Shown: piece after piece, positions 1 through 11,888 of the stretch
How the letters are laid out: every line of letters starts with the position of its first letter
How positions within the stretch are numbered: the first letter of the stretch is position 1
Source: Azolla caroliniana
Taxonomy: Eukaryota; Plantae; Polypodiophyta
NCBI GenBank assembly: GCA_043228905.1
Contig: JBHGNT010000017.1
Span: 12,400,001 to 12,464,000 of the forward strand
DNA: 64,000 nucleotides
Direction of reading: 5' to 3'
Translations under genes and position numbers: made by a program
Notes under the pieces: generated by a model
What the model was told of the DNA's origin: nothing
What the model saw: the letters and a program-made list of their open reading frames with translations, nothing else
Databases searched by the model: none

Positions 1-429
1 CATCGCCATAGAGTTGGGGAGATAAAGATCGACATGTCGTCTTTTGGAGATGGGGGGGAGAGATACTAGGGGGCATGGATCACAAGCTTCTCGGTCTGTG
101 ATGGCACAGGGAGGGTGGGGAGGAAGGAGAGTGAGGAGAGCGAGGAGAGCGAGAAGAGTAGATAGCTTGGGAATATTTTTGTGATATGTAGAGGAACACC
201 TGTTGTCTTCTTTTTGTGTGGATGCTAAGTTAGGGTTCAAGAATCTGTGAATCATTGTGTGGACGTGTGTTCTCTCTTTCTTGGAAAGTGTGCATGCATG
301 TAGTGCCTTTAATAGTCGTGACTGTCGTTTCCCCTTTTTTTTCTTTTTTCTTTTTCATTTCAGACCTAGCGGTTACATCTAGTTTTAAAGTACATTAATG
401 TTACATGCTTACTAGTGGGCCCCATTTAG

Positions 430-3400
430 TGGCTGTTTCATTCTTTCGAGGAAATGGCCCAAGTATCTTCATCGGCGCAAAACGAGTTTGGCGGTGTGGG
501 TCCGAAATACGACTTTAATCGAAACCCATTGACTTTTTGACGCAAAACTTCTGCTACCAGGGTGCCTAGTTCGAATGTCCCATTCTTGGCTCCTATTATC
601 CAGTACGACCCTATCCATCAGAAACGCAGTTTCCCCGGTATCTGTCCCATGCGTGTTTGGAAAACTAAGACGGCTTTCCCAATTAAAAAATGCTTCTCAT
701 TAGTACCCCGATGTTGGTCTACGAATGCCTTCTACTGCCGCTGCTCATGCTCGAGAATTCACATGTTGTGGACCCTAGCTTTGTCCAATTTGAGTAGTTT
801 TTGTAACCGAATTTTCTTGGACTGGTCCTCAGCCAGACATTCGCAGACCTGTATTCGTAAACTTGGTATCTGAAATTCTACAAGCATTACGGCTTCCAGC
901 CCAAACGTTAGCCGGAATTGTGTTGATTGGACGTTGGTTTTAAAGCTCGTGCGGTATGCCCATAAGGCGTTGTGCAGCTTCATGTCCCAATCCGTGCAGT
1001 TGTCGTTGACGATCTTTTTCAAGATATTCTGAAGTGTTTTATTTGTCCACTCCACGAGACCACTTGCCCGTGTATAATACAACATACTCTTCTTGTTTAC
1101 CATGACGTAATGTTTAGTGAAATCGTAAATGACCTTATGCAAGAAATGGCTTCCTTGATCGTGGATGAGCTCAATATGACAACCAAAACGGCACCAAATC
1201 TGTTCATACAAAAAATTGGTTGTGGAAGCCGTGGTGTTGTCGCCTAACGCTTTCGTCTCCATTCATTTCGTACAATAATCCGTGGTCAATAAAATATATT
1301 TGTTTCCCGTACAAGCCATGGCTGGGGTAAAGGATCCAATGTAATCGAGGCCCCATTTCTGGAAAGGCTCAAGCGGAAGCACCAGCTGGTGGGGCATCCG
1401 TGCTAGCTCCGACGGTTGACTCATTCACTGGTAGAGGTCGCACTCCATACAGTATTCGTACGCGTCCCATAGACCTGCTTGCCATACTTTCCAGGCCGTA
1501 ACATCCCCTCCTGTACCATAGTGAGCTTCTCGTAATACTACATTCTTCTCATCTTGTCATACACCTCACCACCAGATGCCATCGCTTCCCATACGGTATA
1601 AGACCCCTTCGACGAGGCAAAAGTTCCCGTTCCGAATTGCGAGCCTTTTCTTTTCATCCGTTCTTAACTGTGGTGGTGGCATCTCCATGCTTAAGAAGTA
1701 AGTCATTTCCATCAGCCACCTATCCGGGATATTACGCAATATTTTGGCGTTCGGAAAATCGTTGTGCCCTGGTGTTGCTTCCTTGCCATTCTCGATCATA
1801 CTTAGATAATCCGCGATTGTATGTTGTGTCCCTATCCGATGCTGGATCTTGAATTCGAATACCTATAATAGTAGCTTCCATTTGGCTAATTTTCCAGTTA
1901 ATAATTGTTTAGCGACCAGGTACAATAATGTGGTGTGATCCATGTGAAACTTGAATTTCCCACCTAATAAATAATGTCAAATTTTATTGACTCTGTAGAT
2001 CATACCCAGAGCTTCGCGCTCGGTTGTCGAATTGTTACATTCGACATGTGACAATTTTTTACTAGAATAGTATACTGACCGATACAAATTCGGCTTGGTG
2101 AGTTGCATCAGTGTGCTGCCGATTGCTATGTCCGAAGCATCGACAAATACGTGAAATCACTTTGACTAGTCCAGAGGCTGTACTACATCTGCTTGTGTCA
2201 ACATCACTTTCAGTGCCTTGTACATTTATCCTCCATTGTTGTCCATTTGAATGGTGTGCGGTGCACTGTGGTGTGTAGCTATGTTGTGAAATCCCCCAAA
2301 TAACGGAGCATTCGACTGTGCTAGCGGATTTCCCCAAAAAAGGGCTAAGGGCCTTAAATGCATTACTAGGGGTGTTAGCCTCGACTATGGCTTTCATTTT
2401 TTTGGGGTCCACCGCTATACCGTCCTTGCTCACTATGTGCCCAAGAAGGGCTCCGCTTGTGACCCCGAATGCGCACTTGGTTGGGTTGAGGCTGAGGCGC
2501 GAAGTACAACATCATTCTAAACATAACCTTAGATGGCTCAAGTGATCCCCTAGCGTCCCATAGACTGCAAAGTCGTCGAAGAGGACTTGCATGAATGGAG
2601 GGATGAAGTCGCCGAAAATCTCCGTAATGGTGCATTGGAACGTGGCTGGAGTGGTCTTTAGTCTGAACATCATTAGCATAGCCCCATTCGGTTACAAAAG
2701 CAGTTTTCTCCTGATCCTCTGGGTGCATACGTATTTGGTTATGCCCTCTAAACCCATCCAGAAAACTGTACATGTCGTGACCTACAACTGCATCTAGTAC
2801 ACTATCCGTAAATGGCAAGGGGAATGCGTTGGTGATTGGGACAACGTTTAACTTGCGGTAGTCAATGCATACCCGTATTTTGCCATTTTTCTTCGGTACG
2901 ACCACTACTACACTAAGCCATGTCCCTTATTTTACCGGCCCAATAAATCCAACTTTCAAGAGTTTTTCAATTTCCTCTTTTACCCATGCCACGTAGTTCG
3001 GGTTCATGCAATAACGTCTCTACTGAACTAGTTTCGCATCCTTGGCCAACTTAATTTTGTGCTAGTAGAATTTTGGGTCTAGCCCCTTCCTGTCCTCATG
3101 TGACCACGTGAAGAAATATTTAAACTCCCTTAACAACTCAATCATGGCCATTTTTTCACTTGGCGTCAAGTCCTTTGCAATCGTTGGTAGCCTTGGTTCC
3201 TCGATTGACCCTACATTGATTTCCTTCAAGATTGACGTTGTGACTCTTCGCGAGATTTCCATCTCCCTATCGAACGCCTCCCGTGCCTTGCTCAACTCCA
3301 ACATAGATTCAGGATCTGGTTCGTATTTGTCATCGTTCGGAGCACTCTTCGAGACGTACTCGTTAGCAATCCCGAGGACGTCTATTTCAAACAACAATAC

Positions 3401-4200
3401 TATTCGCAGATTTTCGTCCAGGTATGTTTCGAGTTCTGTGTCCTCCAACCCTTCTAGCATGTTAATTTCTTCTATGTATAGTGGCGTTATTGCTTTCATA
3501 GGTGTGGAGGTCTCTTGGGTCGGTACCTGGAGCTTGCTTCGCCCTCGATGGAAGCTAATGCAATTGTGCAGCCAGTTCTGCTTGATGTTAGCAGAACGCA
3601 ACCATAGGCTTCCTAACAAGATTAGATCACCCTTGGAGCGTCCAAAGCCAACACAACGACGGAAATTTCAAATGTGTGACTCCCAATTAAAATCTTTAGC
3701 TTTTGGGCCAACCCCAATGGTCTGATGGAACGGGTGTCTGCCATCCAGAGCCAAAATGGGCATTCCTCCCATTCAGTAATACCGAGGTGGTTACATGTGG
3801 TTTTACTGATCACATTCACTCCGGAACCCCCCGTCAACAATACATCCCCTGATTTCCTGCCCTTGCAATACCACCTTGATGGCTGGGTTGTGGTGATCCA
3901 CCACGGCTGGGCCTGTGCTAGACTCTGTATAATTGGCTGAAATCTCTAGCCCATTTGTGCCCCGCATCTGGTTTTCCATGGTGTGTCAAAATTGAGGGAC
4001 AAGTCATAATAATTTGTCCATGGTCAACGTAATTTTGCAATCGGCCAATGCTTGCCATATCGGGTTTGGTGTTAATACCATGTCTCCCATATGTGTGGTA
4101 GTGTGTCCGGACTCTTGTCGCATCCGTTCTACATTGGCTTCATTTGAGATTTTTCATATGTGTGGTAGTGTATCCCCCAGGCCTATGAGATTTTGCATAT
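430..4200 (-). pseudogene. pol: Fragmented Gypsy pol (PR-RT-RH-IN)
   Basis: ORF pieces 3622-3840, 3062-3619, 2375-2905, 2062-2433, 1566-1799 and 759-1262 are colinear with the intact pol. Ends approximate. Confidence 0.9.
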
Positions 4201-4964
4201 TTAACATTGTCTAGAGGGGTCGTCGTAATACCGCCAAAAATGTTTCTTTTGCTTCATCCTCCGTTGGAGCACGTGCTAGCTACCGCCGTAAAGTCTGGAA
4301 CCGTAAACTGAAGTCCACCACGAACTCTTGCGGAAGTGGTTTTATCGTATAAAATTGGCCCATGATCTCGCGTTGGGGAATGCTTCGATGAAAGAATCGT
4401 AAAAACGACAAATGGAGCTGATCGAAAGAGGCGAACAACGTGATGTGGAGCTGGGAATGCCAGCGGGCAGCTCACCCATCCAGGGTTAACCCAAACTCTG
4501 TGATTTTTTATGCGTGGGCTTCCGCCTCCGGAAGTCGTTGGGCCATATGGTTGGCGTTCCAAACATTGAGGAACGACCGAACATGGCTCTCGGCGCCAGT
4601 ATCTCCGCTAAAGAGAGGGTATGAGACAGTCATTCTGGTCGATAGGCTAGGTTTGGGAGATTACTACCGACGCAATGGGGGGTTTTTGGAGAAGTGATAG
4701 TTTCACTATACTAGTCTAGTGGAGATGGGACCTCTTGCCCAATGCCGCTCTAATTGGTGAGCTTAGATTGGAGCGTATAATCCAAGAGAGACGAGACGTA
4801 GTTGTGCTGGCATGGTTTTCGTGTTGCGCGTTCTTCAACTTTTCAGGTCAAGAACTAGGTTTGCGGTCGATCTTGTCAAGTCGGTCCTCAGGTGCATTGG
4901 CGGTTAGACATCCATTGCCTGATGCTCGGCTGTGAGAAGCACAAATCACCAGGCATGCCAAAAG

Positions 4965-5442
4965 TGTTACCGATTAGGAACACGGCCTACCCTCAATCCT
5001 TCGGGGTATAGCTCAAGAAGATCGTGGTACAGAGAATGGATTGCGTATTGCATCTAGCCTTAATCCACAGGAAGGGATATTGCGCCACTTAGTGGCCACG
5101 AGGGTAAGTCGTTATTAGGAGACAGCTACAACCGAACCCCCTTCTTACCGTTTACAATTACACCCCTTACCCTAAACACATATATGCTTCCTGAATTGAC
5201 ACAGAATTCAGAGGGTACTTGACACAGAGTTAAGAAAAGACAGTATGATTATATTAGAAGGATTACACACCAAAACTCTGCTCCCTTTTACAATGTTCCT
5301 ATGCCTTTTATATATGATGGGCATAGACGGTTACGCTTCCTGCGTGAACCATTACATGCGTTTCTTAACACTTCTATTATAATAATATACTTATCCACTA
5401 GTCAGACCTTAGTCTCCCCCTCGTTTTTCACTAGGGCGGACA
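4965..5442 (-). repeat. Probable 5' LTR of the left degenerate Gypsy
   Basis: Minus strand reads TGTCCG...GGTAACA, then CTTTTGGCATGCC (PBS-like TGG), the same layout as ...AATAACA-CAGTTTTGGCGACC in the young relative. Outer boundary is uncertain. Confidence 0.55.
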
Positions 5443-5589
5443 ACTGTCTTGAGATGAAGTCAATGAACACCCCTCCTCAAGACAAATCTACAAGTCATAG
5501 ATGTGAGCCTTTTGATGTTATTTAAGTTCATACCAACCACTTCAGTTCATATGAATGCACATTTCCTTCACATTTACTTGGACCTAATG

Positions 5590-7340
5590 ATTTACTCCTA
5601 GCAGTCTAGTATATCAATGGAACACCAACACATTTCTTATTTGATTCTGGTAATTCTCACAATTTTCCTAATGATAACTTGGTGCAGCAAATGAAACTCC
5701 ACATAAACGCAAGTGTTCATATCTATCAAGTTCACATGGCAAATGGAAGCGTCCAATACATTAGTGGCATTGTTTGTCAACTACCAATTCAAATTGATAC
5801 CTATTTGGAGAAGCTTGACTTTCATGTTATGAAACTACAATCCGTAGATGTCATTTTAGGATACCCTTGGTTTTTTAATAAAACCCTTCTCTGTCCACTG
5901 ATTGGGTTAATTAGTCAATCACATTTGAACTTAATAATTGTAAACATTTTATTCAATGTTCCAAACATGCTTGCCGTTCACTTGTGTCTTATAAATCTTT
6001 ACGTGAGTATTCTAACTCATCAGTTTATTCATGTGTAATTGATCCCACACTTCAATTTTATTATTTTAATATTGGCGCCACACAATTACCACATTATGAA
6101 TGACAATTACTCGACTCTATTTTAGACGATTTTCAAGACATGTTTCCTAACAAATTGCCGCTTACTTTACCACCAAAATGTGATGTGGACCATCAAATTG
6201 AAGTCATCCCCGGTGTTGCTCCTGTGAACATTTCATCTTATTAACTTCGTCGATTAGAAGAGGATGAGATCGATAAACAACTTAAGGAATACTTGAGTAT
6301 GAGCCACATTAGGTAAAGTAAATCACCTTGGGGTGCGCAATTTGTATTAGTTAAGAAGAAGGAAGGTTCATGGCGAATGTGTATCAATTATCGCTGTTTG
6401 AATAAAATGACAATAAAAAATGCATATACGTTAGCTCGTATCGATTTTTTGATTCATCGTTTGCATGGGGCACAATATTTTACAAAAATTGACTTATGAA
6501 CAAGTTATCATCATATTCGCATTGCCAAGGATGATATTCCTAAAACTGCTTTTCATACGCGCTATGGCCATTATGAGTTTTTAGTCATGCCTTGCGGGTT
6601 GGCTAATGCTCCAACCACATTCCAACAAGTAATGAATGATCTTTTTTAAGATCAACTCGATGATTTTGTTTTTGTCTTCTTGGATGATATTCTCATATAT
6701 AGTCGTACCTTGGAACATGTCCGATTTGTTTTGCAAAAGTTACGTGACAACTCTTTCAATGCAAAACATTCAAAATGTGATTTTTTCCAAAAATCTATTG
6801 CATACCTAGGTTATTTAATTACGGAAAATGGCGTTGAAATTGAACTTTCTCATATTGAAAAGGTTAAACTTTAGCCCATTCCTCTTAATATTTGTGAACT
6901 TCGATTATTCTTAGGATTTATTGGATTTTTACGAAAATAAATTTGTAACTATTCCAAATTGACTACAACATTAACTAACCTTTTAAAAAGTCATCCACGT
7001 AAGTCTGTCAAACCAATTTCCTAGAATGAAAAACTTGACACATCATTTGAGGCACTCAAAGAGCATGTGTATCAAGCTCCCACTCTTCTATTACCGAACC
7101 GTTCCAAACCTTTCTCAATCGAACCCGATGCTAGTGATGATGCTATTGGTGTCGTTCTTTATCAAGGTAGTCACCCTATTGCGTTTGAAAGTAAGACGCT
7201 TGATGTTGCTCAATCTCGGTATTGGGTTCAAGAGAAAGAGTTGTTTGCGGTCATACATGCACTTAAAACATGGAGGCACTACCTCAATGGAAATCAATAT
7301 GTGGTTACAACAGACCATCAATCAATGAAGTATTTTTGTG
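5590..7340 (+). pseudogene. pol: Old, AT-rich Gypsy pol remnant (PR-RT-RNase H), chromovirus/Tf-like
   Basis: FLFDSGNSHNF protease, [36 protein letters not shown]...EKELFAVIHALKTWRHYL RNase H. Many stops. Confidence 0.85.
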
Positions 7341-7740
7341 ACGGGTCGAAACATGCTACGGTGTACCAAAAAAGTACTATTTTTGGCCAAAAAAAACATG
7401 AGTACTATTAGTATTGTTAGTACTAAGTAATTATAAAATATTTTTTAAAAAATCGAGAATATTTAAAATCTTTTTTAGGGAGTGGGGTGGGGGTAGTACA
7501 CTTTGCATTTAAGTCAGGGAATGGGAGGAGGTGATTGCTACGTATTCAGGACTGTTTTGGGGGCTATTTTCCCCTCACTTTTAATTTAGCATGCCACATT
7601 AATTGATGTTGGCTCTTCTCACTCTTGTCTCCTCTTGCTCCTTCCAACCAAGCCCATCTCATATTCATCGTTTTGTTGTTCTCTTCATCTCAGGTATTCG
7701 CAGCACGCGAATGTCCCCATCGTTTTGTGGTTCTCTGCAT

Positions 7741-8677
7741 TGTTGTGAAGCTATTGCTTCATGATGTCAAAAATCTATATAAAGAAATTTCCCATATGGA
7801 GCTTGTGGCGAGGAGCATATGCAAATTTTCGATTCTTCAATCGGAGTTTAGGAGCCCAAGATACAAGCTTCGAAAGGATTAATGTTACTCGGGACACAAA
7901 TGTAATTATGTCAAAAGGGGGAGTGAAAATTAAATGAGGGCTATTTCTATAATTTCTCAAATGTACAACCATAAAATCAAATTTGTAGAATCAATAAATA
8001 AAATATAAATATAAATATAAAATATAAAAAATGTCAATTGCCTCAAGAGGGTGGTAGGGCGGTTGACCACCCTATATAAGCCACACCCATGGTGGCTAAA
8101 GGAGAGAAGGGGGAGAAGGAGAAAGGAAAAGAGGAAGAGAAGGAAGGAGGAAGGAAGAGTGACTGAGGAAGCTCGCGTGGGTGTGGGATGCAGAGCTCGC
8201 CAAAGAAGAGGGTGGATTGCATAAACAAAGACAAAACTTAAAGAAAACAAAAAATTATAAGGAAAGGAAGAAGTTGAAGTGGTGTATTACAAACGCCTTT
8301 GCAAATAAAAGCTTGTGAGTTGGAGTCCTCTCAAAACAAGTTTTTCAGGTAATCAAATTTTGTAATATAAATCTGACATGTATAAAGAGAAAGAGAATGA
8401 CAAGTAAATAAATAGAAATCAAAGAAGTTGAAGTGGTCTACCTCAAATGCTTCTTCTCAAACAAAGGTTGTGAGTTCAAGTTTGCCAAGAAACTTTTGGC
8501 AAATAAATATTGGAAGTAGTGTTTTACAAATAAATTTCTTTTCACGACAACGTCGCACCGATCTTGCTTTCTCAGCTTCTTGTCATTGCACCATCTACGA
8601 TTACACCTTGTCATTCCGATCATCCCCGAGTTACAGAACCCCAGCGGTTGAGACACACAACCACAATCTTTACAACA
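7741..8677 (+). repeat. 5' LTR of outer Gypsy
   Basis: TG...CA ends, TATA (CTATATAAG ~8072), followed by a PBS. The 5' half is repeated at 34991-35410. Confidence 0.65.
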
Positions 8678-8683
8678 TATATT

Positions 8684-8701
8684 TGGTGAACCAAACGTGA
8701 A
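8684..8701 (+). promoter_or_regulatory. Primer-binding site (degenerate tRNA-Trp type)
   Basis: TGGTGAACCAAACGTGAA versus TGGTGAACCCGACGTGAA, which is complementary to the plant tRNA-Trp 3' end. Confidence 0.7.
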
Positions 8702-8768
8702 GTGTCGCCGACAAGGGGAGTTTCAAAGTTAAAAGTTTTTCAAAGAGAAGGTCGGAAAATCAAAGAAA

Positions 8769-9435
8769 ATGGCGGATAAAGGTGCCAACACAGAGATGGT
8801 GAATAAGGTATTCAATAAAGAGATGACAAGTTTTATGATGACGATGATGAATCAGATGCTGCAAGAGAAAAGTGCGATGAATTGGATGGAAAGTGAGTTA
8901 ACACTCGTTGTACAAATGGTCATTGAGAGGATAAACAGATTTAATGGCGAGGACATCACTTGGTTCCTCGAGGTCTACGAATACGAGATGGCCAGTAGAG
9001 GGGCAACCAGAGTACAAATAGTGTCATCTATCAACCAGGTGTGCACACTTGATGTCCAAGCAAGGGTATCAGAATTATCAGGGAAATTCCTTGAAAATTG
9101 GCTTGGGTTTCATCAAGAATTGCTTGATGAATATATGCTAGACGATTGGCCCCGAATATCAAAGAAAAGCTTTCTCGAATGGACCGAGAAAGGGGGTAAA
9201 CGTCTCTCAGTAATAGAATTATCGGAGAAATTCCGTGAAGATTGGCATGGGTTTCGTCAAGCATTGATTGATGAATATATGCTAGAAGATTGGACCCGAA
9301 TGTCAAAGAAAAGCTTTCTCGAATGAACCGAGAAAGGGGGTGAACGTCTCTTGGTCTTAGAGCTGCTGAGGGAGTTCGAGAAAAGATATAATGAGCTCTT
9401 GATAAAAGACCGAGAACTATTATTGTTAGAGACAT
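8769..9435 (+). pseudogene. gag: gag 5' part of outer Gypsy, with an in-frame 144-bp tandem duplication
   Basis: RFNGEDITWFLEVYE capsid-like start. The segment ELS.KF.E.W.GF...DEYML.DW.R.SKKSFLE occurs twice. Confidence 0.75.
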
Positions 9436-9564
9436 AGACTAATGTAAGCATTAGATAAGGATAGAATATAGATCTAGATAGGAAGGAGAGAGAGAAAGAA
9501 GGGTGCCAATCCACCTGACCAGCCCCGAGCGAAGGGATTTAGACGGACTCGAGCCTCGATCGTT

Positions 9565-9980
9565 TGTTACCGGCCGGCAAGGAGTCCAAAATACGGAGTG
9601 AAGGAATTAATTAGATATGGTTGTAAATGAGCATAGTGTGGACGGACGGACTGGAAACGGTATGCCGTTCCAGATCCGGACGGATCCCGAATAGGTGCGA
9701 GAGGCACCGTTTTGTACTACGGGCCGGAAACCTATTTAAAGGCCCGGACCCTATTGTAATGACAGCGGATAATTAATAGAGATTCTGATGTTTATACTTC
9801 TTGATTTCCGTTCTGTAATTACTGTTATATCTTACGCGTGTAATTAACCAAAGCAATCTAATCGTGAAACCTACGTAAGTCGGTGTAATCGTTGAATCTT
9901 AATCCTATGCCGTAATCACCCTTTGGTGAAGTGTCTCCGTGACACCTTGTGTTAGGCCTTGTTCGGCTAAGAGAATAACA
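9565..9980 (+). repeat. 5' LTR (416 bp)
   Basis: TGTTACC...AATAACA, near-identical to 19012-19431. Confidence 0.97.
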
Positions 9981-9986
9981 CAGTTT

Positions 9987-9995
9987 TGGCGACCA
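9987..9995 (+). promoter_or_regulatory. Primer-binding site, probably tRNA-Arg
   Basis: TGGCGACCA lies 6 nt after the LTR and is complementary to the ...UGGUCGCCA 3' end of plant tRNA-Arg(UCG). Confidence 0.65.
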
Positions 9996-10031
9996 TGATT
10001 CCTGCTTTCCCGCAGCGAACGACGGTAATGG

Positions 10032-11888
10032 ATGACTAGACCAACGCACGACTTGGTTACAGACCGAGCTCGACGTCTCGCAGAACGGCAAAGACGGCGT
10101 GAGACTTTCCAGCAAGCAGCGTAGGAAATTCGCTCGGATCGTTCGTTCTCCAACGAGATCCGGAGAGTCGCGGAGGAATCTCTCCGGTTACGGCAAACTC
10201 GCGACCAGGACGACGGAAGCAGTCTAAGTAGTCTCCGGGAAACCGAACGACTCCTGGAGGCGCTGGCAAGCGGCGAAAACGAGGCAGAAGCCTTTTCAGC
10301 CTACGAATCGGATTCCGAAGGGGGATACAGCGTGCACACGAACTACCGGAGCAGCAACGATACCCCCGGCGGCCCGGAAGACGACGGGTCGGATACCGTG
10401 CCGACTCCAGAACCGGAACCGCTCAACCAAGGCTATCCGGAACCGCAAACGGAAGCCGTCAACCCACCAACACCGGAAGTGGAAGAAGCAAAGCCACCAA
10501 CACCAACGAAAGAGCCGGCAAAGGTACCGGAAGAAGAGCCGGACAAAGAACCGGAAGAAGGACCGGCAGAAGAACCGGAAGTGGAACCGGAGAAAGAACC
10601 GGAAAAATATCAACAAACGCCACTAAACCGCGGCTTAATACTGGACGACGACATGCCGTTCCAATACTCAAAGTACCGCGATGATCCGGATGCGGAAGCG
10701 CATGTGGATGACTTCGAGCAGACATGGGAAGCAAATCACACATCCCAGCGAATGACACCGGAGGAAGAAGAACGCTCGAAGATAGCGGAATTCGGAGTCA
10801 CGTTGGAGGGACCAGCGACATGATGGCGGCGGTCGCAGGACCCGGCAACCATCACAACATTTGCAGAATTAAAAGCAAAATTCTTGCATTTTTTCCACAA
10901 GGAGGTCGACCAGACGACAATGGTGGGCTTGTTTTATACGATCCGGCAGGAGGCAGGGGAAAGCATTCCCCAATTCGTCATCCGTTTCCAACGAATGCAT
11001 AGCCAGCTTGCCCGTGCACCCCCGGAGGAGGAATTACGGACGATATTTTTAAACGCACTCTGGGAACCGTTACGCACGGTGTGTACGGTGATCGACTTTC
11101 GAGGATGCACCATCGATCAGGTCATTGACCGGGTCAGAGAAATGGAAAAGACAAGCTCATGGCTTACGCTGGGAACACTGCAACGGGCGTTACCCACCGA
11201 GGAAGATCTCCGGTTCCGGCAGGCAATTCAATGCACAATCTGCTTGAATGCCGGACACTCGGCAGTAGAGTGCACCATGCGCACTCAGTGTGTGATTTGT
11301 CAATCCAAGAGTCATACAACGGACCGGTGCGAGTATAACCTGTTAAACCGACAAGCACCACCCGTCCGACGAATCGAGCCAAGAAGCAGCCAAGACGAAG
11401 AGGAAGATCGTTGGCAAAAAATGAACCGGTACCGACCGGCACAGGATGTCCGGTACGGAGACAGGCAAGAGAATGATGGCCGGTACGGGAATCGGCGTGA
11501 TAACTACGACCGGTATGAGCGATCGGACCGTTATCGAGAGCCCAACAGGCGACACGAGCAATACGACAGAGACCATTCCCCTGGTTACCGAAGGCACCAG
11601 GAGGACTACGGCCGATTTTACGATCCACCACGACCGGACTACCGAAATAAACATAAGAATAATAAGAAACGTAATTTCAAGAAAGGTGGTCACCCTAGGG
11701 ACCCGGAACATGGAACCCCAAGGAGCCAACCGGCATAGAACGCACCACTCGCTACGGGACCGGCTCCGGCTACCAGCAATGCTGAATCCAGCAATACCCG
11801 TAAAGAGTACTGCTACTACTGCAGGCAGGAAGGCCACTACAGTAACCAGTGCCCGGTAAAGAGCTACGAGAAACGACCAGCAGTTAAT
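10032..11888 (+). pseudogene. gag: gag in frame with pol, interrupted by three in-frame stops
   Basis: ATG 10032 is in frame with ORFs at 10332, 10884 and 11889. Stops TAG 10122, TGA 10821, TAG 11736. Zinc knuckles CTICLNAGHSAVEC, CVICQSKSHTTDRC and CYYCRQEGHYSNQC. Confidence 0.9.

Larger units (their letters stand above)
1..5442 (-). mobile_element. Degenerate Ty3/Gypsy LTR retrotransposon, related to the 9565-19431 element; runs off the left edge
   Basis: Minus-strand fragments closely match the 11889-15875 Pol: protease (GGSGVNVIS), RT (VVPKKNGKIRVCIDYRKLN), RNase H, integrase (TNKTLQNILKKIVN). Many stops and frameshifts. Confidence 0.9.

Noticed and set aside
7341-7740. End of another DNA transposon (GGGTCGAAACATGC...)
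   Set aside because: The junction with pol is abrupt, but I found no matching inverted terminus or TSD in the window.
11736-11738. Programmed gag-pol stop readthrough
   Set aside because: Two other stops lie upstream, a gag zinc knuckle lies downstream, and a simple CAG>TAG change explains it.
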